The notes beneath the pieces are model-generated. The model made no database searches. It was not told where the DNA came from and worked only from the letters and a program-made list of their open reading frames with translations. From Mobula birostris (taxonomy: Eukaryota): a stretch of DNA of 64,000 bases. Of the stretch, positions 12,523 to 22,973 are shown piece after piece. A program made the position numbers and the translations under genes. Positions within the stretch are counted from its first letter, which is position 1; each line of letters opens with the position of its first letter. The DNA is taken from assembly GCF_030028105.1 (NCBI RefSeq), contig NC_092376.1, forward strand, positions 178,722,080-178,786,079. The letters run 5' to 3'.

Positions 12523-13476
12523 GCAGTCACACTGCCAGGAGACCGTTACAACCATTTCTATTATTTCCATATCATCTGGAAGCTCCAAAGAAGGAAGAAG
12601 CAGTGCAATTGGAGGATATAGTCTGGGTGTGAGCCGAGAGTCCTGATGCGAGCACCTCGGCATTCTGCGTAATTTGGTTTAACCTTCAGAGGCTTGTGCC
12701 GATTTGCCACCTCTTCCCATTCGTTAAAGCACCACATTATACACAGTATTTTAAATTGCAATTAGGATCTCTGCACCCTGATTTTGTTTCATTTCGCAAC
12801 TGCTGAAACGTTTTAGAACAAAGGATCCACCATAGAGCCAATCCACATCACTCCACCCATAGAGATCAGGAGAAAAAAGTTTTCAGAGTATCTGCTATGT
12901 CCCGTTTCCATCCAAATCGTGTCATCGGGGCACCCCGGGAAGCCAGTGTGTCAATTAAGAGTTGTTTGGCCTTCAAACGTTTGACCTTCTTTCATGTATT
13001 CTTATTCATTGGCACCTTTGCCAGAGGATCAGAGGGCCGCGATTGAAGAGATGGTTCTCCTCAGCTCTCCTCAGGTCGTTGAAACGTACCGTTATTATTA
13101 TCCATTTTCTTCCTCTAGCTACCGTTGAAACTATTTTTAACAATTATGCAAGATCTAATATTCTTTACAGGTAATATTTACAATCCCTTCTCCCCACTGG
13201 TTGATAAAGCACCTATCATTTGCCAAGGTCTCCTCAAATTTTGTCTAGATTTACTCTCCCGATGCTCTCAGGCTCCCTTCTTCCAATCCCACTCTTGTTC
13301 CTTTACACGAACACATGGGTCTCTGGCCGGTATGAGACAGCTCCGGCACCCGCGACCAGTATCGAACCCCGTTCCTTGAGCGAGTCTCTAAAATGGGCTC
13401 ATCCCAGTCGAATCTTGACGTCTAGCTTTTAATTAAGTCTCACGGATAGGTTCGTTTGGAATCTCGTATCATAAGG

Positions 13477-13494
13477 ATCCTATCCTCGTCGCTA
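13477..13494 (-). other. Primer-binding site complementary to tRNA-Ser(GCT), unit 1 (unit 3 copy 55707-55724)
   Basis: TAGCGACGAGGATAGGAT, degenerate from TGGCGACGAGG(A/G)TGGGAT. Confidence 0.75.
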
Positions 13495-13496
13495 AA

Positions 13497-13911
13497 TTAC
13501 GGTCGAAGAATCTAGCCTGTTTTACCGTATTTTAATGTAAAAGAATTTCACCAGGTTATCAAAGACACAGACGCAGACCTCGCTATACAGTTAACCCTCT
13601 AATGCGTGATTACGGGGAACTGTTGTCTTACGATTCCCACAATATCAGGCTACATCTTAATTTTTTTATAGTAAAATTTGGACAACAGCTCACAGCTGAA
13701 CATACTTAGTCACCGATTGCAGCAATCACTCGTTAGGTAGCAGCCAATACACAAATGTTTCCACGCAGTATATAATATTAGAACTGCACGTCCACGTTCA
13801 GTTCTCCTATCAGTCAAAGTCTCAGACAAAGGTTAGTCATTATTAGCATCATCTTTTGCTAGCTATTGTCAGCTAGCACAAAGAAGACAGAGTCTGTGTC
13901 TTATCCTGACA
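13497..13911 (-). repeat. ERV 5' LTR (copies 32768-33183 and 55727-56103)
   Basis: On the minus strand it starts TGTCAGGATAAG, contains TATAAAA (~13665) and ATTAAA (~13533), and ends 2-3 bp before the PBS. No partner LTR exists to confirm the outer edge. Confidence 0.65.
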
Positions 13912-14391
13912 CCTTAATGATCCAAATCAATGGCAATTCCTAGCTGGTAAACTTTGACATCAAAATTTAATACACAATTTAATTTTCTTCCACTTTAACC
14001 ATGGATTGAAACTGTCCCAATACAATGACACTTCAACTGTAAAAGCTCACCCGCAACGTTTCTTCGAGCAGATCATATCATAGAACAAATGCACAAATCT
14101 AACTGTCTGGGTCAGATACAAGGGAAACCAAACAATAAATCTAATTGGATGATAAAAATGCTCATGGAACCAACCTGCTCGCTATTGCATACTGACTGAA
14201 CTTCTAGGTCGTGCTAAAATTACGGCCAAAATGCCATGTAATGGTTGTTGTTATATTTTACAACGATAAACGTTGAAAATAAAATAATTGAGCAACCTTA
14301 TCAACAGCTACATTTTATGGTGTGCACCATTAAATATAGGAGAACAGTACTGCTTTAAGAATATCAGTTGTAATTGACGAAAAGAACTGGT

Positions 14392-14412
14392 TGTGTCGCT
14401 GTCTACCAATGA
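14392..14412 (+). promoter_or_regulatory. Pcdh promoter conserved sequence element (CSE, CGCT box, putative CTCF site), copy 1
   Basis: tgtgtCGCTgtctaccaatga about 250 bp upstream of the ATG. Motif and spacing are typical of clustered Pcdh promoters. Confidence 0.85.
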
Positions 14413-14645
14413 GAAACTCAATTTCACAGTTGGATCCATTGCCCCTCCTACGCCCAGAATAAAAGGACAGAGTCAACGAAAGAGACAAGCATTACGTGCG
14501 TTTACATTATGGTGTTAAGCTGAGGCGTAAAAATCATCTGACTGCTTAGTTTTGGTATTGATCTGCATGCGGTTCCGTCTTGTAGGAAGGACTTGTTCGC
14601 GATTAATTGAGCAGAGGCCTGAGTAAATTAATTGAATGCGGAACA

Positions 14646-17033
14646 ATGGCGTCCAAATCCATATTAAGCTTCACTGTAATTGCACACAGTTTTATCGTGT
14701 GTGCTGCGGAGCAAATTCTAGGACAATTTCGTTATTCTATTCCCGAGGAAATGGTCGAAGGGACAATTGTTGGGAATATTGCTCAAGATTTGGGATTGAA
14801 TGTATCGCTTTTGTCAGCTCGTAAATTTCGTCTCAGCTCTAATGACGGAGAACGGTACATGAAGGTTAGTTTGGACAATGGGCTTTTATCTATTTGTGAA
14901 AGAATCGACAGGGAACGTATTTGTGGGCAAGCAGATATGTGTACTATACCTTTGGAAATAATACTGAAAAATCCATTAGAGGTGTATCGCGGCGAAGTGG
15001 AGATTATTGACGTAAATGACAATTCTCCTACATTTTGGGACACACATATTGCCTTACAAATGTCTGAAGCAATCACACCGGGCGTACGTTTTCGACTCAA
15101 CAGCGCGGAAGATGCTGATACTGGAATGAATACTGTCGCGAATTACACAATCAGTTCGAGTGACTACTTCAGTCTGAAAACACGGAGAACCGAGGAGGGT
15201 ATTATAATTGCTGAGTTGCTGTTAGAGAAACCTTTGGATCGAGAGCTACAATCATCCTTTCAACTGGTGCTGACTGCTGAGGATGGTGGGAATCCCCCGA
15301 GAACCGGAACAGCTCAGATTCTCATTACTGTACTCGACTTCAATGATAATCCTCCTGTATTCGAGCATGATGTTTACAGGGGCACTATTAGTGAAGACGC
15401 ACCACAAGATACCATTGTGTTAAAAGTTAAAGCAAGCGATTTGGACGAAGGGCTGAATGCGGAGCTAACATATTCTTTCAGCGATGTTATTACTTCGCGA
15501 AAAGTACGTGATTTGTTTTCCTTGGATCCCAAAACTGGAGAGATTCGAGTCAAAGGGCCACTAGATTTTGAAAAATCAAACAGCTATTCACTGGATATTC
15601 AAGCTGTTGATCACGGGTCACCTGCGATTACGGGACACTCGAAAGTGCTGATCAAGGTAACTGACGTGAATGACAACGCACCCGATATAAAAGTGACGTC
15701 AGCCACAAACCAAATCCCTGAAAATGCTACCCCCGGGGATTTAATCACCTTGATTGATGTTATTGACCGTGATTCTGGAGAGAACGGTCAAGTGCGCTGC
15801 GAAATACCACAGGACGTCCCTTTTATGCTACAGAGATCGTCCAATCATTATAAATTAATTACAAGTGGAACGTTGGACCGTGAAACGGTGTCTGATTATA
15901 AAATACTTATTGCAGCCTGGGACTTGGGGTCACCTTCACTGTCAACAAATATAACCATCCATATCGTAGTTACAGATATAAATGATAATGCCCCACGCTT
16001 TACTGAACTGCCCTACAACTTTTATGTGACTGAAAATAACTCTCCGGGCGCTTCTATCTTCGCAGTAACGGCTTTAGATCCTGATCTGAGGCAGAATTCC
16101 TATGTTTCTTATTCTATTCTAGACAGTTATATTCAAAACTTGCCAGTGTCCACGTGCTTGAGCGTTAACTCTATGAACGGCACTATTTACGCCCTGCGCT
16201 CTTTTGACTATGAGGAACTCAAAAGTTTTCAGTTCCATGTTCAAGCCCGTGACGCTGGAGTGCCGCCGCTGAGCAGCAGCGCTACTGTGAATGTCATCAT
16301 CCTGGATCAAAATGACAACGCGCCTGTTATTGTTTCACCTTCAGAACATGGTGAGTCATCAGCCGTGGAAACCCTGCCCCGGTCAGCGGGTCAGGGGTTC
16401 TTGGTCACCAAGATAATGGCCACTGATGCAGATTCTGGTCAGAACGGACGGTTATTTTACCAAATGGCGAAAGCTACTGATCCCAGTTTGTTTATCATCG
16501 GTCAAACGTCTGGTGAAATCAGAACAGCGCGCAAAATCTTGGAGGAGGATTTCAACACACAAACTTTGGTAATCTTGGTGAAAGACAACGGGCAGCCAAG
16601 CCTATCTAGCACAGTTACCCTTCACATCACAATTTTGCAGAACAGCACCGAAACTCTCACTAAAAGCAGTAATTTAGTGAGAAATTCAGAATATTTATCC
16701 GATCTAAATCTTTATTTATTGGTTATTTTCAGTTGCACTTCCATTGTATTTCTTCTGATTATCATTGTGCTTATCGGGATCAAGTGTAAACAGGACAGAA
16801 ATAACACCCAAGAGTTTACTTCCCCCAGTTATTGTTACAAGCGTGGGGATATGCAGGACACGTTTAATCGAAGATCTGCGGTGGAGGAAACATTACGCTA
16901 TCCTGGTACGGACCAGGTACTCCGCATGCCAGGACTGCCTCAGTACTCGGTCTGCCTGTCGCCAGAATCAGCGAAAAGCGACTTCCTTTTCTTGAAGCCG
17001 TGCGGCCCTGCCATTTCTCAGGCCCAATGCTAA
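14646..17033 (+). CDS. Clustered-type protocadherin, single-ORF gene copy 1 (795 aa: signal peptide, 6 cadherin repeats, TM, short cytoplasmic tail)
   Basis: ATG in strong Kozak context (acaATGG) at 14646. EC1 start RYSIPEE..GNIAQDLGL; DRE, DxNDNxP and AxDxG calcium motifs; TM LYLLVIFSCTSIVFLLIIIVLIGI; tail motif YSVCLSPESAKSDFLFLKP. No introns. The ORF-track start at 14607 is a TTG. Confidence 0.96.
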   Translation: MASKSILSFTVIAHSFIVCAAEQILGQFRYSIPEEMVEGTIVGNIAQDLGLNVSLLSARKFRLSSNDGERYMKVSLDNGLLSICERIDRERICGQADMCTIPLEIILKNPLEVYRGEVEIIDVNDNSPTFWDTHIALQMSEAITPGVRFRLNSAEDADTGMNTVANYTISSSDYFSLKTRRTEEGIIIAELLLEKPLDRELQSSFQLVLTAEDGGNPPRTGTAQILITVLDFNDNPPVFEHDVYRGTISEDAPQDTIVLKVKASDLDEGLNAELTYSFSDVITSRKVRDLFSLDPKTGEIRVKGPLDFEKSNSYSLDIQAVDHGSPAITGHSKVLIKVTDVNDNAPDIKVTSATNQIPENATPGDLITLIDVIDRDSGENGQVRCEIPQDVPFMLQRSSNHYKLITSGTLDRETVSDYKILIAAWDLGSPSLSTNITIHIVVTDINDNAPRFTELPYNFYVTENNSPGASIFAVTALDPDLRQNSYVSYSILDSYIQNLPVSTCLSVNSMNGTIYALRSFDYEELKSFQFHVQARDAGVPPLSSSATVNVIILDQNDNAPVIVSPSEHGESSAVETLPRSAGQGFLVTKIMATDADSGQNGRLFYQMAKATDPSLFIIGQTSGEIRTARKILEEDFNTQTLVILVKDNGQPSLSSTVTLHITILQNSTETLTKSSNLVRNSEYLSDLNLYLLVIFSCTSIVFLLIIIVLIGIKCKQDRNNTQEFTSPSYCYKRGDMQDTFNRRSAVEETLRYPGTDQVLRMPGLPQYSVCLSPESAKSDFLFLKPCGPAISQAQC

Positions 17034-17442
17034 ATTACGGGGAACTACAATATTAACGTATGATTATTTCATGTGTGCTTATTTTTGTTTATATCCTGAG
17101 ATGTGAGATACTGGGGTAAGGTACTTCAGAACCTGTTCCTTTCCCTGAAAATGTTTTCGTAATTTTCTGTTAACGGAGCGTATAGTCGTTATGATGGTCA
17201 AAGATAAAATTTACATCAACCGGAGTCCACCGGTCTGAGCGTGGCATCTGTTACCTCTGGAGAATCTTACCAACTGTCACTGAATGGCATGTTCAAATGC
17301 GTTGCTATTCAGTCGGTAGCGTGAAAAGGAAAATAACGCTTGGATTCGTATGCTTACTTGATCTTTTGATATTTTGAAAATTGAGATTAAAATGCATTGA
17401 CACATTGAACTGTGTTCTATTTGAGGTACTAGCAATTAACAG

Positions 17443-17448
17443 AATAAA
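17443..17448 (+). terminator. Candidate polyadenylation signal AATAAA ~410 bp after the Pcdh stop (also 36716-36721 and 59639-59644)
   Basis: Retained in all three copies with a TG/T-rich tract downstream. Conservation is weak evidence because the copies are young. Confidence 0.4.
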
Positions 17449-17602
17449 TCCGGAGGCAAATGTGCAGATGTTTTCATTTGAGAGACCAAAATATACTGTA
17501 GACCCTTAGCCTGTCAGTCTGCATCTCTGAAAAAGCAGTTGTTTTCTTCATTTTACAACCGTGCTGCTTGTCAGAGCGAGTAAAATGACTAAAGAATTTA
17601 CT

Positions 17603-17695
17603 AACACACACAAAATGCTGCCTGGCCCGCTGAGTTCCTCCAGTATATTGTGTATTTTGCTTGGATTTCCAGCATCTGCAGATTTTCTTTAGTTT
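17603..17695. mobile_element. Internally collapsed copy of the inverted-repeat family (copies ~36876-36967 and ~59799-59890)
   Basis: cacacacaaaatgctg fused to cctggcccgctgagttcctccag..ggatttccagcatctgcagattttct, the reverse complement of 4425-4495. Confidence 0.7.
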
Positions 17696-18214
17696 ATAAA
17701 GAATTTAAGTGTAACAATTACAGTGCATACAATTGAGGGATAGATGTAACAAAGGGATATCACTGATATGGACAGTCCATGGGTGACACCGTAATAGTTT
17801 TCGTGACCTCGGTACTTATTTCTTTGGTTTCTGTATATCGTACTGCTGACAGCACGGATGTAGGATATGCCAAGCAGTGGCGAGGGTGATCTGTTTCTAA
17901 TCTAAACTCATCCCTTCTCCTGCAAGAAAGAACAAGAACAGTGTCGCTATTTATTACTTCCTACTCAAACATATTTTAACGTGCATGGAATTTACGCAAT
18001 AGCCAACAAGATTTCATTCCCCGCACCTTTTCATTCTTTTAAAGCATCTCCCCTATGTACTTCTACATCCAACAAAATCTCCGTATCTTTAATCCAGTCC
18101 AAGTGCGCAAAGCAGGCCCTTCCTCCCCCTCCCTCCCTTGCCCCCGTCCAACGATCTGCATCACACTGAGAAGTGATTTGCATAGAACACTTCTATTCTA
18201 CTCCTGAAGCACAT

Positions 18215-19495
18215 TAATTTGGATAAATCCCCGTGGCTTGATCCAGCATTTCCTGCAATATTTTGGGAAACTGGAGAGTACATTGCAAAGGCCTGGGGGA
18301 GATGTATCCACAGTTTATTTTTGTTAAGTCTGAGGTGCAGGCAGGTGTTTTATTATGCACCTATATTTAAAGTCGTTTCAAGAGCAACCCAGGGATCTGC
18401 AGGCCGGTGACAATCTCTGATAGGAAATTTACTGGGGGGCGGATCCTGAGTGCCAGGATCAGCTAGCGTTTGCATTGGGAAAAATTTAAGGGAATAGCTT
18501 GAATTTGTGCTTGGGATATCCTGTCGCAAAAGCTGGTCTGAGCTTTTTGAACAGGCGCTGAGGAAGACGACGAAATCAGGGTAGTAGATATTAACTGCAT
18601 AAAGTTTAACAAGGCCTTTGACGTGGATCTTTATAGTTGTTTAGACTGAAAGGGTAAGTCACATGGGATCCAAGACGAGTTAGTCAGCTGGATAAAAAAT
18701 GACGAAATGGAATAATTCGGAGATGCTAGAGGAGGGTTGTAATTTATATTGGTGGTCTATGATCAATGGTGTGTCAAAGGTATCAGTGCTGAATTCATTC
18801 TTATTTGTTATTTATATTTACTGTTTGCATGAAAGTATTGCTAATACGGTTAGTTTGCTTGTGGAAAATATCAGAAAAGGCAATGTACTAGAGAGTGAAG
18901 AATATTATCTAAGCTAAATTCAACATCTTCTAGACAAACTGTGCAAGTGGTCCAAGAAAGGTAGATCAAATATAAGTTAGACAAGTGCGACCTGGTTTAA
19001 TTTGTTCCATTAAACCTGGTAGTGTGTGCACAGTAATTCCTGCTAACCTGAAGAGCATCGTAGAACAGAAACCTAAAGGCGCAGGTATATCGTTGCCTGA
19101 AGGTAAAGACAGCGGTACACAGTGTGGGGAAGAAATAATTTAGTCTATTTACTTTCATAAACCACTATTTAGATTACTGATCCGCAGCTTTATGTTGCAA
19201 CTGTGCGGTTCGTTGGTGAAACTACACTTATAATATGGTGTGCGGAAAGATAGCAATAGCTGGTAATGGTAAAGAAATATTTCGCAAGGTGCTCCCAGCA
19301 CTGGAGGGCTTACGTTAGAAGGTGTGGCTGGATAGGCTGAACTTTTTTTTTAATCAGTAAGATAGAAGACAGAGCATTGACCTTATGACGGTGTAAGAAA
19401 TCAAACTTAGACAAATAAGAGTAGCGTTGATAGACCTGTTGGTCGGCATTGACATGTTCAGCCAAAGAGCTGATCTTAGAGTTTTATTACTAATA
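18215..19495 (+). mobile_element. Old, heavily decayed CR1 RT and 3'UTR (copies ~37490-38790 and ~60415-61680)
   Basis: DKSP..D, KFNKAFD, GVSKVSVL..LFVIYI relics, and a 3'UTR-like ggtcggcattgacatg. Confidence 0.8.
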
Positions 19496-19506
19496 CAAGA
19501 AATTGG

Positions 19507-19730
19507 TCATTTCAATGTGGTGGTTCTACATTGGTGAAATCAAAGCAGATTGGGTGATTGATTTCAGCGCACAGGCGTACAAACATGCATCCGGTAGTTA
19601 TCCACGTTGATTCGATGTCTCACTAACACTTTGACCTTTTTGAATTTGGCTTCCTGCATTGCTTCAACGAGCCAAAAGCAAGACAGCAAGATTGAGGGGT
19701 AACACTTCATCTTCCTGTTGGGAATGTTTC
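19507..19730 (+). mobile_element. Penelope-like element GIY-YIG endonuclease relic (copies ~38807-39030 and ~61693-61915)
   Basis: ttctacattggtgaaatcaaa (YIGE.K), ccggtagtt..cac (PV..H), caagattgaggagtaacacctcatcttccagttggg (K.EE.HLIF.LG), as in Penelope endonuclease C-termini. Confidence 0.7.
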
Positions 19731-20570
19731 AAAATTTAGTTTTGAATTAATTTTATTGTTACTTTCTAGCTGTCTGAATCAAAGCTGGCCATTGTTACCT
19801 GTCATTGTTTTCGCTTGTATTGTTCTCTATATATTTCTATGATTTGTAGGTGTAGTTTGGAGAACAATGTCCTTCGGTCTACCACCTGAATGCAGACCTT
19901 AATGCTTACAGATACTCATTTCACCTGCTTGTTTTAACTTCATATTTCTCTATACCATACTCATTCGGGACATGTGCAATGACGCCTGAACAGTATTAAT
20001 ATCCTGCCTCCACCTCTCCCTCTAGCAGCTTGTTTCCATTACCAGTTACAATTGTGTGAAAACATTCCCCTTCAATTTTCTGAATATTTATAAACCCATA
20101 ATGCTAAAATGTGTAAACTTGGAATACAAAACCAAGGTAATTTAAGACATTAAAATTAGTTATCTAGCATACAGAAATAATGCAGAATGTTTATACTTAA
20201 CAAACTTGAGATGGATACAAATTGAATTGGAGCTTGGTCAAAATGAACCTGGACTATTATGAGTTTGAATTCATGCATGGTGATCCTGTTTCTTAGCAGA
20301 GTGGATTTTGCTTAGCAAAATAACAGAAATAATGATCAAGCATGGTTCATTCAGAGGGCGGGGAACATCTCAATTTTCTATCTGCTTTAGACTTGGGCGC
20401 AACTATTAAATAAAGATCACATTCTACATTTTCAAAGCGGTGTGCCTTTCGCTTTGATAACTGAATACCGCACAATTTCCGCTTGAACATCTTCAAATAA
20501 TTCAAACATTTGCACTGGTATCACTACCTTCATTTCTTAATGCTCGATATATAATTTGATTTTCGTCGGT

Positions 20571-22973
20571 CACTATAGAACCATGGTACTATAGAACATT
20601 ACAGCACAGAAGCAGGCCCTTTGGCCTTTCTTGGTTGTGCGGAACCATTTTTCTGCCTAGTCCCACTGACCTGCACCTGGACCATATCCCTCCATACACC
20701 TCTCATCTATGTGCCTGTCCAAGTTTTTCTTAAATGTTAAAAGTGAGCCCACATTTACCATTACATCTGGCAGTCCATTCCACACTCCCACCACTCTCTG
20801 TGTGAAGAGGCCCCCCACTAATGTTCCCTTTAAACTTTTTCCCCTTCACCCTTAGCCCATGTCCTCAAGTTCTTTTTTCTCCTCTAGCCTCAGTGGAAAA
20901 AACCTGCTTGCATGCACTCTATCTATACCCATCATAATTTTATATACCTCTATCAAATCTTCCGTTATTCTTCTACGCTCCAGGGAATAAAGTTCAAACC
21001 TATTCAACTTTTCTCTGTAACTCAGCTTCTCAAGTCCCGGCAACATCCTTGTAAACCTTCTCAGCACTCTTTCAACCTTAGTAATATCCTTCTGTAACTT
21101 TGTGACCAGAACGGCAGACAATACCCCCAATTCGGCCTCAACAACGCCTTATACAACCTCCCCATAACTTTCCAGCACTTATACTCAATAGTTTGATTTA
21201 TAAAGGCCAATGTACCAAAATCTCTCTTTACGATCTTATCTACCTTTGACGCCACTTTTAGGGAATTTTGCATCTGTATTCCCCGATTCCTCTGTTCCAC
21301 TGCAGTCCTCAGTGCCCTAACACTTACCTTGTATGTTCTAATTTGGTTTGTCTTTCCAAAGTTGAATACCTCACACTTGTCTGTATTAAACACCATCTGC
21401 CATTTTTCAGCCCATTCTTCCAGCTGGTTCAACTTCCACTGCAAGCTTTGAAAACCTTCATCACTGTCCATTGCACCTCCAATCTTTGTATCATCAGAAA
21501 ATCTGCTGATCCAATTTACCACATTATCATCCAGATCATTGATATAGATGACAAACAACACTGATCCCTGTGGCACACCACTAGCCACAGGCCTCCACTC
21601 AGAGGAGAAATCCTCCGCTACCACTCTCTGGCTTCCTCCACTGAGCCAATGTCTAATCCAATTTACTACCTCACCATGTATACCTAGCGAATGAATCTTC
21701 CTAACTAACCTCCATGCGGGACCTTGTCAACGGCCTTACTGAAGTCCATGTAGACAACATCCACTGCCTTGCATTCATCCACTTTCCTGGTAACATCCTC
21801 GAAAAACTCTAATAGCTTGGTTAAACATGACCTACCATGCCCAGAGCCATGTTGACTCTCCCTAATAAGTCCCCATCTATCTAAATACTTGTAGATCCTA
21901 TCTCTTAGTACTCTTTCCGATAATTTACCTACTGCCAACGTGAAATTTACCGGCCTATAATTTCCCGGATTACTTTCAGAGCCTTTTTTAAACAACGGAC
22001 CAACATGAGCTATCCTCCAATCCTCCGGCACCTCACCCGTAGATACAGAAATTGTAAATATATCTGCTAGGGCCTCTGCAATTTGAACAGTAGTCTCCTT
22101 CAAGGTCCGAGGGAATACCCTGTCAGGTCCTAGGAATTTATCTACCCTGATTTGCCTCAAGATAGCAAGCACCTCCTCCTCTTCAATCTGTGTAGTTTCC
22201 ATGAACTCACTACTTGTTTGCGTTATTTCCATAGACTCCATGCCAGTTTCGTTAGTAAATACAGACGCAAAAAAAAAAACGTAAAAAAACATATAAGCTG
22301 TCCTCCATTTCTTTTGGTTCCATACATAGCCGGCCACTCTGATTTTCATGAGGACCAATTTTGTCCCTTACTATCCTTTTTCTCCTAATATACCTGTAGA
22401 AGCTATTTGGATTATTCTTCACCTTGAATGCCAAAACAATCTCATGTCTTCTTTTAGCCCTCCAGATTTCTTTCTTATGTATTTTTTCGCACTTTTTATA
22501 CTCCTCAATCTCCTTATTTGTTCCCTGTTTGTTATACATGTCATACATCTCTCTCTTCTTCTTTATCAAAGTTCCAATATCCCTTGAACCAAGGTTCCGG
22601 ATTCTTATTCACTTTGCCTTTAATCCTAATAGGAATATAAAAAACTCCGCACTCTCAAAATTTCTCCTTTGAAAACCTCCCACTTACCAATTACATCCTT
22701 GCCAGAGAACAACCTGTACCAATCCACGCTTTTTAGATCGTTTCTCATTTCTTCAAATTTGGCCTTTTCCAGTTTAGAAGCTCAGCCCGAGGACCCGATA
22801 CATCTTTATCCATGATCAAGTTGAAACTAATGGTGTTATGATCACTGGAACCAAAGTTTTCCCCTACACACACTTCCGTTACCTGTCCTAATTTATTTCC
22901 TAATAGGAGATCTAATATTGCATTCCCTCTAGTTGGTACCTCTATATGTTGGTTTAGAAAAATTTCCTGAACT
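20571..22973 (-). mobile_element. CR1 LINE, unit 2 copy
   Basis: Same motifs and junctions as 871-3272. Confidence 0.93.

Larger units (their letters stand above)
7800..13911 (-). mobile_element. Decayed class I (epsilon-like) endogenous retrovirus: 5'LTR-PBS-gag-pro-RT-RNaseH-IN-partial env; no 3' LTR
   Basis: Protease end GRDIL (~11765). RT SPCNT..KPGRPNERRFIQDLRAIN, GQQYTWT, LQYVDNL (11080-11091). RNase H SAQAAEL, HDFG.LW..RG, GNAAAD. Integrase EAFP..EIIPRFGVP, PQSS..ERMNG. env start MKKLLLLCGLLGFSTLGETYNTYLGLAY..TNAVSCW (ATG 8778). Confidence 0.88.
1..19711. repeat. Tandem segmental duplication unit 1 (boundary phase set by window start)
   Basis: Window start 'ttcctgttgggaat' recurs at 19712, 39012 and 61896. 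Feature order is collinear between units. Confidence 0.95.

Noticed and set aside
14607-14645. 13-aa N-terminal extension in the ORF track (also 33880 and 56801)
   Set aside because: It starts at TTG. The ATG at 14646 has a strong Kozak context and begins the signal peptide.
14783-15100. 105-aa antisense ORF conserved in all three copies (and other short repeated ORFs such as 6023-6232)
   Set aside because: These are shadows of the cadherin frame or of recent duplication, with no recognisable domain.
16260-16290. GC-rich ccgccgctgagcagcagcgct as a possible exonic CTCF site
   Set aside because: Poor motif match, and explained by the conserved PPLSSS codons of EC5.
17019-17033. C-terminal cysteine (QAQC/QVQC) as a prenylation signal
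   Set aside because: It does not fit CaaX, CC or CXC patterns.
14646-17033. Assigning the gene symbol PCDH10 or PCDHG/PCDHB
   Set aside because: Tandem CSE-driven single-ORF copies are not PCDH10 orthologues, and subcluster identity needs a phylogeny.
17111-17122. Donor-like GGG|GTAAGG about 80 bp after the stop
   Set aside because: It lies downstream of the stop so cannot add constant exons, and it is weaker (GTAAAG) in copies 2 and 3. It could be vestigial but is unsupported.
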